DNA of 64,000 nucleotides from Patescibacteria group bacterium (GTDB taxonomy: Bacteria; Patescibacteriota; Patescibacteriia; JBHPGJ01), in the NCBI GenBank assembly GCA_042570545.1, contig JBHPGJ010000005.1:5529-69528 (forward strand), written 5' to 3'. Every line of letters begins with the position of its first letter. Position 1 is the stretch's first letter. The notes beneath the pieces were generated by a model that was not told the DNA's origin, made no database searches, and saw nothing but the letters and a program-made list of their open reading frames with translations. Made by a program: the position numbers and the translations under genes. Shown piece after piece: positions 17,941 to 29,597 of the stretch.

Positions 17941-18864
17941 ATGAAGATTATTGTCACGGGAGGTGCTGGATTTATTGGAAGTCACATAGTTGATGCCCTG
18001 GTCTCTCGGAAGGATCAGGTATTGGTTATTGACGATCTAAGCTCCGGGCTTGAAGAAAATGTTCCATCGTCCGTCAAGTTAATAAAGATGGATATTCGTG
18101 ATCAGGGCCTAGCAGAAGTGTTCAGTAAGTTTGAACCAGAGGCTACATTTCATTGTGCAGCCCAAAAAAATGTTCGCAAGTCCGTTGATGATCCAAGCTA
18201 TGATGCGGATGTTAATATTATTGGTTCACTCAACGTTATACAGCAATGCCAGCGTTTGAACAGCAAGGTAATTTTTACCTCCACTGGCGGTGCACTATAC
18301 GGAGATGCTCAGGTATTACCGACACCAGAAACATATGATAAAAAGCCGCTGTCGCCTTATGGCATTGCTAAGTTTTCGGTTGAAGAATATCTGCGTTATT
18401 ATCAATCGGTACATGGTTTAAAGAGTATATCTCTGCGTCTGGCCAACGTCTATGGGCCACGTCAAGACCCAAAGGGCGAGGCTGGTGTTGTAGCAATATT
18501 TTTACACAAGCTTTTAACCGGACAAACGCCTATCATAAATGGTGATGGCACCCAAACAAGAGATTATGTGTATGTAGCTGACGTGGTAAAAGCAGCCATG
18601 GCGGTTCTAACGACTACTCTTAGAGGTACCTACAACGTCGGTACGGGGATTGCCACGAGCGTAAATGAACTATATGAGACTATTCGTCATCAAGGTAATT
18701 TTGCCGCCGAGGCTACACACGGCCAAGCTCTTTCCGGTGAACAAAAAACCAGCTGTCTCGATCGTCAGAAAATTACCGACGCCACTGATTGGCAACCTAC
18801 TTTTACACTAAAAACTGGGCTCGCCAAAACCATTGATTGGTTTAGGGATAAATATCATGTCTAG
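17941..18864 (+). CDS. NAD-dependent nucleotide-sugar epimerase, UDP-glucose 4-epimerase-like
   Basis: 'MKIIVTGGAGFIGSHIVDAL' Rossmann motif and the 'YGIAKFSVEEY' YxxxK. Confidence 0.75.
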   Translation: MKIIVTGGAGFIGSHIVDALVSRKDQVLVIDDLSSGLEENVPSSVKLIKMDIRDQGLAEVFSKFEPEATFHCAAQKNVRKSVDDPSYDADVNIIGSLNVIQQCQRLNSKVIFTSTGGALYGDAQVLPTPETYDKKPLSPYGIAKFSVEEYLRYYQSVHGLKSISLRLANVYGPRQDPKGEAGVVAIFLHKLLTGQTPIINGDGTQTRDYVYVADVVKAAMAVLTTTLRGTYNVGTGIATSVNELYETIRHQGNFAAEATHGQALSGEQKTSCLDRQKITDATDWQPTFTLKTGLAKTIDWFRDKYHV

Positions 18865-20173
18865 AATAAAAAAAAGTTCAAAGAAGAAATACTATCGCTC
18901 TCGCGGCACTATTGCCGTAATTGGCCTGGGCTACGTTGGTCTGCCTCTGGCGTGCATAGCTGCGGAAAAAGGTTATAAAGTAATAGGCGTTGCTAAAAAT
19001 AAAGCGAAGATTGAACTGATAAATAATGGCCAAAGCCCTATAGCCGATCGTCAATTAAAATCTTGGCTGAAAAATGTTAGTATTAATGCCTCTAGTGATT
19101 ATAACCTTGTCCAGAAAGCCAAAATAATTATAGTAAGTGTTCCAACGCCGGTAGATGAATTTTATAATCCTGATTTGCGTCCTTTAAAATCAGCTTGCGA
19201 ATCAATAAGAAAAAATCTTAAAAAAGGACAGTTAGTAGTAATTGAATCGACGGTAAATCCTGGTATTTGCGAAGAAGTTGTGAAGCCGATTTTAGAGAAA
19301 TCGAAATTAGTTGCTGGTCGTGATTTTTATCTATCACATTGTCCAGAACGGATAAACCCGGGAGATAAAAGATGGAATGTTAAAAACATTCCCCGAGTTG
19401 TTGGTGCGCTAACAAAAAAAGGTTTGAAAAAAACTATTAATTTTTATAATAATATTATTGAAGCACCACTTAAACCGATGAAAGGTCTGAAAGAAGCCGA
19501 GGCAACCAAAATAATTGAAAATTCTTTTCGTGATGTAAACATTGCTTTTGTTAATGAAATGGCAAAATCATTTGACCGACTTGGTATTGATGTATTGGAT
19601 GTAATTGAAGGAGCCAGTACTAAACCATTTGCCTTCATACCTCATTACCCTTCATGTGGAGTGGGCGGTCATTGTATACCCGTAGATCCACATTATTTGA
19701 TAAAGAGAGCAAAACGCTCAGGTTTTGACCACGAATTTCTAAAACTTGCTCGCTCGATCAATAATAGCATGCCCGAATATACAGTTGATTTATTGGCCAA
19801 TGCTCTAAATAGTATCAAACATACAGTACAAGGCGCTAGGGTGGGATTACTGGGCGTTGCCTATAAAGCTAATGTTGCTGATGTTAGGGAAAGCCCGGCC
19901 TTTGAAATTCAAAAATTATTACTTGAACTTGGAGCTCGTTTATTTATTTATGATCCATATGTGGAACAATATAATAATACCAAAAGCTTAAATGAACTAT
20001 TGCTTAAATCAGAGTGCCTAATTTTAATAACTAATCATAATTTATTCATCACTAAGTTAACTCCTAAATTATTGAAAGATTCTAATATTAGTGTCATAAT
20101 CGACGGGAAAAATGCTTTGGACAAAAAAGCAATTAAAGCAAAGGGCATAGTATATAAAGGCATTGGAAGATAA
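18857..20173 (+). CDS. UDP-N-acetyl-hexosamine 6-dehydrogenase (WecC/WbpA/TviB family)
   Basis: 'IAVIGLGYVGLPLA' NAD fold and the catalytic 'CPERINPG' region. ATG 18857 overlaps the upstream gene by 8 nt; the ORF track offers an alternative start at 18833. Confidence 0.75.
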   Translation: MSRIKKSSKKKYYRSRGTIAVIGLGYVGLPLACIAAEKGYKVIGVAKNKAKIELINNGQSPIADRQLKSWLKNVSINASSDYNLVQKAKIIIVSVPTPVDEFYNPDLRPLKSACESIRKNLKKGQLVVIESTVNPGICEEVVKPILEKSKLVAGRDFYLSHCPERINPGDKRWNVKNIPRVVGALTKKGLKKTINFYNNIIEAPLKPMKGLKEAEATKIIENSFRDVNIAFVNEMAKSFDRLGIDVLDVIEGASTKPFAFIPHYPSCGVGGHCIPVDPHYLIKRAKRSGFDHEFLKLARSINNSMPEYTVDLLANALNSIKHTVQGARVGLLGVAYKANVADVRESPAFEIQKLLLELGARLFIYDPYVEQYNNTKSLNELLLKSECLILITNHNLFITKLTPKLLKDSNISVIIDGKNALDKKAIKAKGIVYKGIGR

Positions 20174-20174
20174 A

Positions 20175-21494
20175 ATGGCTAGTATAAAGGGTAAAAATAT
20201 GAATATTACCGTTATCGGCGTTGGTTATGTCGGTTTGGTATCGGGTACTTGCTTGGCTGAATTGGGTCATATTGTGACCTGTGTTAACAGAACTCCTGAT
20301 AAAATTATCCAGTTAAAAAAAGGTAAAATTCCAATTTACGAGCCGGGCTTAGAAAAGTTGGTCAAGAGTAATATGAAAGCTGGTCGACTGAAATTTACCA
20401 CTGATTTTGATGAGGGTTTAAAAAAAGCTAAAGTAATATTTATCTGTGTTGGCACGCCGTCTTTGGCCGATGGTCGAGCCGATATTACTCAGGTTAAAAA
20501 AGCAGCTAAAGAGATCGGAAAAAGATTAAAATCATACACTGTAATTGTAAATAAAAGCACCGTACCCATAGGCACTGCAGAGGTAGTTAAAAATATTGTA
20601 AAAAGACAAACTAGAAAACAGTTTTCTATAGTTTCATGTCCCGAGTTTCTCCGGGAAGGTTTTGCGGTTAAGGACTTTTTTTATGGCGACAGAATAATTA
20701 TCGGAAGCGATAGTAGCCGGGCAACTAAACTGATGTTGAATTTGTTTGCCAAATTAAAAATGGCAAAAATAGTAACCTCAATCCCCAGTGCCGAGATGAT
20801 AAAATATGCTTCTAATGCCTTCCTGGCGACAAAAATCTCGTTTATTAATGAAATTGCTAATATTAGTGAGCTCGTAAATGCCGATGTTAATGAGGTGGCC
20901 AAGGGCATGGGTCTTGATAAAAGAATAGGTGATAAATTTCTAAAAGCTGGAATTGGCTATGGCGGAAGTTGCTTCCCCAAGGATGTAAGGGCGCTCGAAA
21001 ATATCGCCCTTAACACCGGTTATGATTTTAAATTATTAAAGGCGGTGATTGATGTTAATAATTTTCAGCGTCAAGTGCCAGTAAAGAAATTATTGGCTCA
21101 TTTAAAAACATTTAACGGTCTAGGCAAAACCATTACAGTGCTGGGCTTAGCTTTCAAAAACAATACTGATGATGTCAGAGAATCATCAGCTATAAATATT
21201 ATTCAAAATTTGCTCTCCCGCGGGGCTAATGTCAATGCTTACGATCCCATTGCCGAGAAAAACGCTTCAAGAATTTTAGGTGAAGAGGTAAAGTACTTTA
21301 ATGATCCCTACGAAGCGGCTCGAGATGCCCAAGCACTGATGATAGCTACCGAATGGGAAGAATTTCGTCTTTTAGATTGGAAAAAAATTAAAAGATTAAT
21401 GAAGAAGCCGATATTAATAGATGGTAAGAATTTATTAGACAAAGATAAAATGAATAAAATTGGTTTTATATATGAAGCCATAGGCCGCCCATGA
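20175..21494 (+). CDS. ugd: UDP-glucose 6-dehydrogenase
   Basis: 'MNITVIGVGYVGLVSGTCLAELGH', 'IYEPGL' and the catalytic 'GYGGSCFPKD'. ATG 20175 directly follows the upstream stop; an alternative TTG lies at 20163. Confidence 0.85.
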   Translation: MASIKGKNMNITVIGVGYVGLVSGTCLAELGHIVTCVNRTPDKIIQLKKGKIPIYEPGLEKLVKSNMKAGRLKFTTDFDEGLKKAKVIFICVGTPSLADGRADITQVKKAAKEIGKRLKSYTVIVNKSTVPIGTAEVVKNIVKRQTRKQFSIVSCPEFLREGFAVKDFFYGDRIIIGSDSSRATKLMLNLFAKLKMAKIVTSIPSAEMIKYASNAFLATKISFINEIANISELVNADVNEVAKGMGLDKRIGDKFLKAGIGYGGSCFPKDVRALENIALNTGYDFKLLKAVIDVNNFQRQVPVKKLLAHLKTFNGLGKTITVLGLAFKNNTDDVRESSAINIIQNLLSRGANVNAYDPIAEKNASRILGEEVKYFNDPYEAARDAQALMIATEWEEFRLLDWKKIKRLMKKPILIDGKNLLDKDKMNKIGFIYEAIGRP

Positions 21495-22453
21495 AATTAG
21501 TAGTTACCATACCAGCCTATAACGAGGAGGCGACTATAGCTGAGGTCATAAAAGAAATCCCTAGAAATATACCAAGCATAAACAGTGTTAAAGTTTTGGT
21601 CATTGATGATGGCTCCAGAGATCGAACGGTAGAAGTTGCCAGATCAGCCGGTGCCGATAGAGTAATTTCACACCCGGCTAATAAAGGCCTGGCAAAAACA
21701 TTTAAAGATGGCATCGAGCAAGCGTTAAAAATGGATGCCGATATAATAGTAAATACCGATGCTGACAATCATTATGATCAATCTCGTATCCCCGATCTTG
21801 TCAATCCAATAGTCCGGAAAAAAGCCGATGTAGTAATTGGTTCACGCAAAATCAAAGAATTAGAAGATATGCCATTAGCTAATAAACAGGGGAATCGTTT
21901 AGGCAGTTATATCACCAGCAAATTAGCCGGTTTGTCGGAGGTGGTGGATGTTTCGACGGGTTTTCGAGCCTATAATCGAGAAGCAGCCCTCAGAATAAAT
22001 GTATACTCAGATCATACTTATACCCATTCAACCCTAATCTCAGCAGCTGATCAGCGTTTGAAAATAGTTGAAGTACCAATTAGGGCCCGTAAGGTGACTC
22101 GTAAATCACGGCTGATTCCCAATGTAGGACACTTCATATTTTACGCCGGTACAAATATATTGAGAAATATTATATTATTCAAACCATTACGTTTTTTCGG
22201 TTTACTGGGTGGATTATTGTCCTTAGTAGGATCCATTTTTATTATTCGTTTCTTATATTATTACTTTTCCGACGGCGGGCAGGGTCATGTCCAGTCATTA
22301 ATTATCGCAGCTGTTTTGATTATTGTTGGATTTCAAGTAATAATTTTAGGCTTTATTGCCTCCGCTATTGGTTGGAGTCGGAAGTTGTTAGAAGAAATAT
22401 TATATCGGATTAAAAAGGAACAATTAAATTCTAATCACGATGACGAACAATAA
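21491..22453 (+). CDS. GT2 glycosyltransferase with C-terminal transmembrane helices (DPM1/GtrB-like)
   Basis: '[13 protein letters not shown]', '[10 protein letters not shown]' and 'NTDADNHYD', with two C-terminal hydrophobic helices. Confidence 0.8.
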   Translation: MKLVVTIPAYNEEATIAEVIKEIPRNIPSINSVKVLVIDDGSRDRTVEVARSAGADRVISHPANKGLAKTFKDGIEQALKMDADIIVNTDADNHYDQSRIPDLVNPIVRKKADVVIGSRKIKELEDMPLANKQGNRLGSYITSKLAGLSEVVDVSTGFRAYNREAALRINVYSDHTYTHSTLISAADQRLKIVEVPIRARKVTRKSRLIPNVGHFIFYAGTNILRNIILFKPLRFFGLLGGLLSLVGSIFIIRFLYYYFSDGGQGHVQSLIIAAVLIIVGFQVIILGFIASAIGWSRKLLEEILYRIKKEQLNSNHDDEQ

Positions 22454-23420
22454 AAAAGCTTTAATTACTGGTATTACCGGCCAAGATGGTTCGTATCTGG
22501 CTGATTTTCTTATATCAAAAAATTATGATGTCTATGGAGTTGTCCGTCGTTCTAGCACCGAGAGCTTCGAAAGAATTCAGCATTTAAAAAATAAAATTAA
22601 GCTCGAACAGGGTGATTTAACTGATTTATCCTCTTTGATAAAAGTAGTAAATAAAGTGCAACCTGATGAAGTATATAATTTAGGAGCGCAAAGTTTTGTT
22701 CCTACTTCGTGGAATCAAGCAATATTAACCGGCACCGTAACGGCTCTGGGGGTAACTAATATATTGGAGGCCCTGAGATTATTACCAAAACAGATTAGAT
22801 TTTATCAAGCATCCTCAAGCGAAATGTTCGGTCGAGTGCGAGAAACTCCACAAAACGAAAAGACACCGTTTTATCCTCGTAGTCCATATGGCGTAGCTAA
22901 GGTATATGGACACTTTATAACCATTAATTACCGTGAAAGTTATGATATGTTTGCGGTATCAGGAATACTATTTAATCATGAATCACCACGACGAGGATTG
23001 GAATTTGTAACTCGCAAGGTAACCGACGGGGTAGCAAAAATAAAGCTCGGTTTGGCGAAAAGTATACATTTAGGTAATTTAGAGGCTAAAAGAGATTGGG
23101 GTTATGCCGAAGATTATGTTGAGGCGATGTGGTTAATGTTGCAGCATGACAAACCGGAAGATTTTATTATTGCCACCGGTAAATCACACTCGGTAAAAGA
23201 ATTGGCAGAAACCGCTTTTGAACACGTTGGTTTGGATTACAAAAACTTTGTAAAAATAGATGATTCTTTGAAGCGACCGGCCGAGGTTGACACATTGGTT
23301 GGTGATTCAACCAAGGCTAAGAAGTTATTAGGCTGGCAGCCAAAAGTATCTTTTGCCGAATTGATCAAGATGATGGTTGATGCTGATCTTGAACGATTAA
23401 ATAAAAAAATGCGCCAATGA
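22440..23420 (+). CDS. gmd: GDP-mannose 4,6-dehydratase
   Basis: '[34 protein letters not shown]', '[11 protein letters not shown]' and 'YGVAKVYG'. Confidence 0.9.
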   Translation: MTNNKKALITGITGQDGSYLADFLISKNYDVYGVVRRSSTESFERIQHLKNKIKLEQGDLTDLSSLIKVVNKVQPDEVYNLGAQSFVPTSWNQAILTGTVTALGVTNILEALRLLPKQIRFYQASSSEMFGRVRETPQNEKTPFYPRSPYGVAKVYGHFITINYRESYDMFAVSGILFNHESPRRGLEFVTRKVTDGVAKIKLGLAKSIHLGNLEAKRDWGYAEDYVEAMWLMLQHDKPEDFIIATGKSHSVKELAETAFEHVGLDYKNFVKIDDSLKRPAEVDTLVGDSTKAKKLLGWQPKVSFAELIKMMVDADLERLNKKMRQ

Positions 23421-24319
23421 GAATCCTGGTAACTGGGATTAGTGGTTTTGTCGGCCCGTATTTAAAAAAGGCCTTAGAACAAAAGAATAATACAGTAATC
23501 GGCTTAGATAGGCAGGGGAACGGCAAAGACGTCTATAAAGTAGATATTCTCGACAGCAAGACGCTCAATAAAATATTTATCAAATTACAACCAGAAGCTA
23601 TCATACATTTAGCTGGTTTTAGTTCGGTTAAGGAAAGCTGGGAAAAGCCGGAATTAACAAAAGCGATAAACGTAGATGGAACCAAAAACATTCTATCAGC
23701 AGCTGAGAAATTAAAACATCAGCCAAAACTATTGATAATCGGTTCAGCCGAAATTTATGGTACACCAGAATATACTCCAATTGATGAAAAACATCCACCG
23801 CATCCGCAAAGTCCTTACGCTGAATCAAGATTTGAACAGGAAAAGATCTCATTGTCTTCAAGTTTGCCAGTCATTATTGCTCGAAGCTTTAATCACACTG
23901 GACCCGGTCAAATGGACAAGGCAGCCTTGCCGTCATTTGCTAAAAAAATTGTTAATATCGAACTCGGCCATGATTCTTCACCCATGCTGGTAGGTAATGT
24001 CAGTGTTCAGCGGGATTTTACTGACGTGAGAGATGTTGTTGAGGCATATTATTTACTGCTTCAGCATGGCCAAACAGGCGAAGTGTATAATGTTTGTTCT
24101 GGTCGATCTTATGAATTAAAATCATTATTGGAATATCTAATAACACAATCGACGACTAAAATTGATTATAAAATTGACGAAAAATTATCACGTCCCAATG
24201 ATATTCCAGTTTTAAAAGGTGACTATACAAAAATCAATAATCTTTGTGGCTGGGAACCAAAAATCAAAATAAATAAGACATTAGACGATATTCTTAATTA
24301 TTGGCGGTCCCATGAGTGA
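23417..24319 (+). CDS. GDP-4-keto-6-deoxy-D-mannose reductase (Rmd)-like SDR epimerase/reductase
   Basis: '[16 protein letters not shown]' and the '[12 protein letters not shown]' Y-x3-K region. It lies directly downstream of gmd and overlaps it by 4 nt. Specificity (Rmd or Fcl) is not resolvable by eye. Confidence 0.6.
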   Translation: MRILVTGISGFVGPYLKKALEQKNNTVIGLDRQGNGKDVYKVDILDSKTLNKIFIKLQPEAIIHLAGFSSVKESWEKPELTKAINVDGTKNILSAAEKLKHQPKLLIIGSAEIYGTPEYTPIDEKHPPHPQSPYAESRFEQEKISLSSSLPVIIARSFNHTGPGQMDKAALPSFAKKIVNIELGHDSSPMLVGNVSVQRDFTDVRDVVEAYYLLLQHGQTGEVYNVCSGRSYELKSLLEYLITQSTTKIDYKIDEKLSRPNDIPVLKGDYTKINNLCGWEPKIKINKTLDDILNYWRSHE

Positions 24320-25382
24320 TAATGGCGATGATTTAAAGATTTTATTTATTACTCGAAAATATCCTCCACAAATTGGTGGAATGGAAAAGTTAAGTTATCG
24401 TGTAACTCAAGGCGTAAAAGGCCACAATAAAATTATCGCTTTAAAAAAGAGTAAGTGGCATATAATTTGGTTTATGCCCTACGCGTTAATCCGTGGCTTT
24501 ATACAGGCTCCAAATTATTCAGTCGTGCACTTAGGTGATCCAACGCTAGCCTTTATTGGCTGGATGATAAAGAAAATAAGGCATAAACCAGTATCAGTTA
24601 CCGTACACGGCCTGGACATTACTTATAATAATAAACTATACCAATGGTATTTGAGAACATTTGCCGATAACTTAGATCAATATATTTGTATTAGTAAAAA
24701 TACTGAAAAACTGGCCCGCGAAAAAAACTATAAAAATACTATAATTATACCGGTTGGAGTTGACGTTCATTCAATTGAAAAAATTTCTGATAAATTACCC
24801 AGCCTTATTAAAAAAAATATATATAATAAAAAAGTAATATTAACGGTTGGTCGATTGGTAAAAAGAAAAGGAGTGGAGTGGTTTATAAGAAAAATTTTAC
24901 CAGAAATAAAAGAAGACGTTATTTATGTCGTCGTCGGTAAAGGCAAGGAGGCTGACAATATAAACGAATCTATCAAGCAATCTAATCAGGAAAATCGCGT
25001 ATTGATGATAGGCGAGGCAGATAATGACCAATTAGAAGCAATTTATCAAATTGCCGATTTATGTGTTCTGCCAAACATCCCCGTTAAAGGTGACGTGGAA
25101 GGCTTTGGCATGGCCGCTCTGGAGCCAACCATATATGGCAAGTTAGTTGTAGCGGCTGATCTAGAGGGCCTTAAGGATGCAATTACACACATGGAAAATG
25201 GTATATTAATACCAACCCAAAATGCAAATTCGTTTATCGATGTAATAACAAATTATTTAGATAATGATCAGCAACGTAAAGAGTTCGGCAATCAAGCCAG
25301 AAATTATACCATTAACCATTTTAATTGGAATATTATCACAGAGCAATATTTTCAAGCTTTCAAGAAGCTTGGACAAAATTAA
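24312..25382 (+). CDS. GT4 (GT-B) glycosyltransferase
   Basis: C-terminal 'GDVEGFGMAALEPTIYGKLVVAADLEGLKDAITHMENGILIP' is the EX7E retaining GT4 motif. Confidence 0.8.
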   Translation: MSDNGDDLKILFITRKYPPQIGGMEKLSYRVTQGVKGHNKIIALKKSKWHIIWFMPYALIRGFIQAPNYSVVHLGDPTLAFIGWMIKKIRHKPVSVTVHGLDITYNNKLYQWYLRTFADNLDQYICISKNTEKLAREKNYKNTIIIPVGVDVHSIEKISDKLPSLIKKNIYNKKVILTVGRLVKRKGVEWFIRKILPEIKEDVIYVVVGKGKEADNINESIKQSNQENRVLMIGEADNDQLEAIYQIADLCVLPNIPVKGDVEGFGMAALEPTIYGKLVVAADLEGLKDAITHMENGILIPTQNANSFIDVITNYLDNDQQRKEFGNQARNYTINHFNWNIITEQYFQAFKKLGQN

Positions 25383-25384
25383 TT

Positions 25385-26485
25385 ATGAATATCACTCTCA
25401 TTAACGAGTTATACGGCACTACCAGACATGGCGGTGAACAAATAGCATCCCATAACTTATTTATTGGCGCCGGTAAAAATAATTTAGATTTAAATGAATT
25501 TAGTTTGAGTGGTCAGGACAATACAATCAGAATTATCACCCGTCTACCAAAATGGTTATTTATCACACCTTATCTTAGGGAATTAATTGGCTTGCCACTT
25601 TTAGCAAAACAGATCATCAACAAAGCCGAGGAGGCAGATATAATTCATTTAACCAGCCCAACTTTATTCGCTTGCCGGCGGCCAAACAAGCCGTATATTG
25701 TAACTGTTCACGGACTAAAATCAGAGAAAGCACAACGTCTTGGAAAATTAAATATTAGGTATAAACTTTTATTTAACCCATTAGTGATCTGGATGTTAAA
25801 AAAATTAGAACGACGTGGACTAATATCAGCTTCACGAGTAATAGCCTTAACTGAGCGTACTAGGGATTATTTAGTTGATAATCTTGACCTGCCAGCAGAC
25901 AAAATAAAAATAATACCTAATGGGGTTGATATTGATGAATTTCCCTTTAGGGCATTGAGTCAGGGGCCAGTATTATTTGTGGGACGTGCATCGATACCCA
26001 AAGGCATTGATATATTATTTGCAGCGGTTAAAAAATATAAATTTCCATTAGCTATAGTAACCAAAAGACTATCAAAGGTTTTAGAACAAGAAGCTAAAGT
26101 ACTCGGTATCACCGTTTATAAAAACATACCCCATGATCATATTGACGAGATTTACAGTCAGGCGAGCATATTCGTATTACCCAGTCGCGATGAAGAGCAG
26201 CCATTAACAATTTTGGAAGCCATGGCGTCGGGATTGCCAATAATAACTACCAAAATTGGATCGGGCGGGCTTGTTACCGACGGTCAGAATGGCATAATTG
26301 TATCAGCCGATGCTGACCAGGTTGGTCAAGCAATAATTAGGCTAATGAATGATAAAACTTGGCGTGACGACCTGGCCAAAACAAGCCGAACCATAGCCGA
26401 AAAATATACCTGGCAAAAAGTAATCGCTATGTATATCAATATTTATAATGAGGTAGTATCTACCAAAGGCTCAACTAGCTCATAA
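25385..26485 (+). CDS. GT4 (GT-B) glycosyltransferase
   Basis: 'FVGRASIPKGIDIL' and 'EEQPLTILEAMASGLPIITTKIGSGGLVTDGQNGIIV'. The start is trimmed to ATG 25385, just after the upstream stop. Confidence 0.8.
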   Translation: MNITLINELYGTTRHGGEQIASHNLFIGAGKNNLDLNEFSLSGQDNTIRIITRLPKWLFITPYLRELIGLPLLAKQIINKAEEADIIHLTSPTLFACRRPNKPYIVTVHGLKSEKAQRLGKLNIRYKLLFNPLVIWMLKKLERRGLISASRVIALTERTRDYLVDNLDLPADKIKIIPNGVDIDEFPFRALSQGPVLFVGRASIPKGIDILFAAVKKYKFPLAIVTKRLSKVLEQEAKVLGITVYKNIPHDHIDEIYSQASIFVLPSRDEEQPLTILEAMASGLPIITTKIGSGGLVTDGQNGIIVSADADQVGQAIIRLMNDKTWRDDLAKTSRTIAEKYTWQKVIAMYINIYNEVVSTKGSTSS

Positions 26486-28143
26486 AGTCGAAGAGATAAA
26501 CCATCGGGCCGGGTTACTTTGTATAACTTATTGAAGTACTTTTGACCTTCTGGGGTATCAATGATATTACTTAAGCCATTTATGGGTATTGAGTCATAGA
26601 GACCCTGTCTAGCGGTCTGACGCTCATCAATTAGAAGATAGTTTATTGGGTATTGTTTAATTAGATTGTAGGCCTGATTTGCGTTATTGGTGGCAAATAT
26701 TTCCGGTATATCAGCTCCGCCACCGTTAGAAATCCAAAAACGTCGGTATCTTGCATAATCAACAAAATTGGTTGAAGCTGTCATTACAATGGTGTCGTTG
26801 GGTAAATTATTACTCACATATTCACCTAGGTGGCGATAAACTTCGAGCGATTCAGAGTCTTGGCGCCCTGAATTTGCGTAAAAAGGTTGATGAAATTGTG
26901 TAATAAAAGTGTGGGTAAAAATGAAAATAATTAATAATATTACGCTTAAATTTATAATTTGTGGTTTTCTTAACTTAGTTAATATTATTAATAAATATAT
27001 AATCCCTGATGTTAATATCATAATTAACAATGAAACACCGAAAATATGATACTGCCAAATAGCAGTATCGGTGAAGTAGGTGAACAGAATTTCGCCAGTT
27101 AGCATCACCAAGACAATAATACCTAGCTTTATATTTTTACGGCTAATATAATAAAATCCTAATAATATCAATACCAATATTATCAACGATCCGATTAAAT
27201 TCCACTCATCTAGGGGGAGGGTATTGTCAAAAGTAAAGGGAAATGACAGGTAGGCCAGCATTACGCTCGTCAATGAGGGATATGAACGTAAGTAACCTAA
27301 TCTGGAAGATTGTATATCTCTGGCCTCTTCATCAGCTGGATATTTGTTATTGGTAATATTTTGGTAATAGGGAATTTTATCAAGTACACCCGAAGTGCCC
27401 GAGCCCGGGACATAACCAATTGTACCATTACGATTAAGATGCTCGAGCTGAAAGGGTAGAGTTATTACCATCATTAAAATTAGTAATACTATACTCTGAC
27501 GCCAAAAATTATCTTTATTTCTAATATACTTGATAAGCCCAAACATAATTATGATTATTAATAACAAGGGCAGTATCAATAATCCTTGCTGTTTTAAGCT
27601 CATGGCCAAGCCACCGGATAAGGCTGTCAGGAAAATGTATAACCACTTACCGCTTCTAGTCCACTGGATAAAAAAATAAATTGTTGCCAACATCGCAGTA
27701 AGAAGCGGTTGTTCTATTATTGGGCTCATTATGAATCTCTTTAAATTAAAAATTACAGCCAATACAGCCGCCAAGGCTGCCAGTCGCCGATCAATTGGCT
27801 TAAGTATTAAAAAGATCAATAAGGCTGACAGAGAAGCAAATAGCAATGATGATGCTTGTAGCAGTATGTCACCACCCAGCCATAATATACCGGCGTATAG
27901 CAAATAAGCAGCTTCTGGGTAATTTATTGGTGCGTTAATAGCTTGATCGTTAGCATCAAATTTTAAGGCGATATAAGGATTATCTGGCAATGGCCAGCCT
28001 TGATCCAGGATTGTTTCGGTAACAATTTTATGATATTGGGCATCGCCATAAATATTTGTAGAAAAGGTGTAAATGCCGATCAATAACAATACAACCGCGA
28101 TCACCACCGAGCCGATAATTAGATCTAACCTTTTCTCATTCAT
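26443..28143 (-). CDS. Polytopic membrane protein, probable GT-C-fold glycosyltransferase
   Basis: About eleven transmembrane helices. The first extracytoplasmic loop carries 'GDAQYH' (a DxxY-type motif) and there is a C-terminal soluble domain. Its 3' end overlaps the convergent GT4 gene by 43 nt. Confidence 0.45.
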   Translation of the reverse strand: MNEKRLDLIIGSVVIAVVLLLIGIYTFSTNIYGDAQYHKIVTETILDQGWPLPDNPYIALKFDANDQAINAPINYPEAAYLLYAGILWLGGDILLQASSLLFASLSALLIFLILKPIDRRLAALAAVLAVIFNLKRFIMSPIIEQPLLTAMLATIYFFIQWTRSGKWLYIFLTALSGGLAMSLKQQGLLILPLLLIIIIMFGLIKYIRNKDNFWRQSIVLLILMMVITLPFQLEHLNRNGTIGYVPGSGTSGVLDKIPYYQNITNNKYPADEEARDIQSSRLGYLRSYPSLTSVMLAYLSFPFTFDNTLPLDEWNLIGSLIILVLILLGFYYISRKNIKLGIIVLVMLTGEILFTYFTDTAIWQYHIFGVSLLIMILTSGIIYLLIILTKLRKPQIINLSVILLIIFIFTHTFITQFHQPFYANSGRQDSESLEVYRHLGEYVSNNLPNDTIVMTASTNFVDYARYRRFWISNGGGADIPEIFATNNANQAYNLIKQYPINYLLIDERQTARQGLYDSIPINGLSNIIDTPEGQKYFNKLYKVTRPDGLSLRLYELVEPLVDTTSL

Positions 28144-29597
28144 ACTGTTGTATCTTCGTGATTGGGTTTAGATCGCCACACTAACAACGATTTAATATCT
28201 GATAATGCAAGTTCTTTGGTTATATGAAGTACTAAGAAAAATACTATTGGCAGCAATATATATGAACTAATCGAACCAGTAATCGTGTTGGGGAACAAAT
28301 AGCTCAGTAAAACAATAGTAGCACCGGCAAATAATATTTTAAGGACTGAAGACATTGGAATAAATGACCGGTGTTTGGCATATACAATAATACTAGTAAT
28401 AACAAAGCCTAGTAGAGCCATTAAACCCGAAGCTAATGCCGCACCGGCTAATCCATATTTTGGTATTAGGAGTATATTAGCCACTATATCAACAATCAAT
28501 AAAGATAAAACGTAATAAATAATACTTACTGGACGCCGGCCACCAATTATAATAGTGGTGGTTAACTTAAATAGTGTTAGAAAAAACATGCCCGCTGCTA
28601 AAATTGTTAACGGCCAGGCAGCCGGGCTAAAAGCATCAGTATATAATATATTTATTAAATTATCAGCCGTGGTCATTATTAATATTGTCAGTGGTAGGAT
28701 AATAATTATGCCAATTCTTAAGGTCTGTCTTATATAATACGATATTTTTTCATAATTCTGTTGCGCGATAGCAGCCGATATAGACGGTAACAACACTACC
28801 GCTAATGAAGTAAAAAGAAAAAAGGGCAATCTAGCAATGGTCGAGGCGGCAGTATAATAACCGGCTGCTTCTGTGTCTGCCATTAGTATTTTGACCATAA
28901 AGAGATCAATATTAAAAATAAGGGGAAACATAATCAGATAGGCAATTAGAGGTAAGGTGGTAACAATAAGTTTTTTAGCTGGAAATATTTCATCTCCTTC
29001 TGGTCGCCGCTCCATTAAGTACCAGGCAAAAATTAAACCACCCAATCCACCCGCTAGATAGGCAAATAAAACTCCAGCGATTCCTAAGCCTATCCACAAA
29101 ACTGTTATGACGCCAATAATTTTTACCGTTGCCCCGGCGATCATTGAAACAGCTTGTTTTCCAAATTGTTGTTGACCATTAAGAAAACTTTGGTATAAAG
29201 ATCTAAAACCGTATATCGGAGCGATTAGAGCCAAGATACGAATAAAATTTGTAATATCGGGTTCGTTAAATAATTTAGCCAGCGGATTAGCGAGAATAAT
29301 AAACAATCCAGCAAATATTATGGCTAAACTTAACTGAATTCGTTTAGAAATTTTAATAATACTTTTCGTCGCCGCGGGTTTTTCAGCAATATATTTTGAT
29401 GTAGCTAGGAACAAGCCGGATCCAAAAAAATATTCCGTCAAACTGAGTGTATATATAACTACTCCCAATACTCCATATTCGGCCGGACCAAGAAATCGTC
29501 CAAGCAATACTTGTATAATATAACTTGATCCGAGAAAAATGGCGTTAGCTATGGTGAGATATAATGCGCCCCTTTTAAAAGCCTGGCTCATAACCAT
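28140..29597 (-). CDS. Wzx-type polysaccharide flippase (MOP superfamily)
   Basis: 'FKRGALYLTIANAIFLGSSYIIQVLLGRFLGPAEYGVLGVV' with about 12-14 transmembrane segments. Confidence 0.75.
   Translation of the reverse strand: MVMSQAFKRGALYLTIANAIFLGSSYIIQVLLGRFLGPAEYGVLGVVIYTLSLTEYFFGSGLFLATSKYIAEKPAATKSIIKISKRIQLSLAIIFAGLFIILANPLAKLFNEPDITNFIRILALIAPIYGFRSLYQSFLNGQQQFGKQAVSMIAGATVKIIGVITVLWIGLGIAGVLFAYLAGGLGGLIFAWYLMERRPEGDEIFPAKKLIVTTLPLIAYLIMFPLIFNIDLFMVKILMADTEAAGYYTAASTIARLPFFLFTSLAVVLLPSISAAIAQQNYEKISYYIRQTLRIGIIIILPLTILIMTTADNLINILYTDAFSPAAWPLTILAAGMFFLTLFKLTTTIIIGGRRPVSIIYYVLSLLIVDIVANILLIPKYGLAGAALASGLMALLGFVITSIIVYAKHRSFIPMSSVLKILFAGATIVLLSYLFPNTITGSISSYILLPIVFFLVLHITKELALSDIKSLLVWRSKPNHEDTTV

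Noticed and set aside
26443-26485. 43-nt 3'-end overlap of convergent genes (GT4 on + strand, GT-C-like on - strand) as a possible antisense regulatory arrangement
   Set aside because: The overlap could equally result from a slightly mis-called C-terminus of either ORF. There is no sequence feature such as a hairpin to suggest function.
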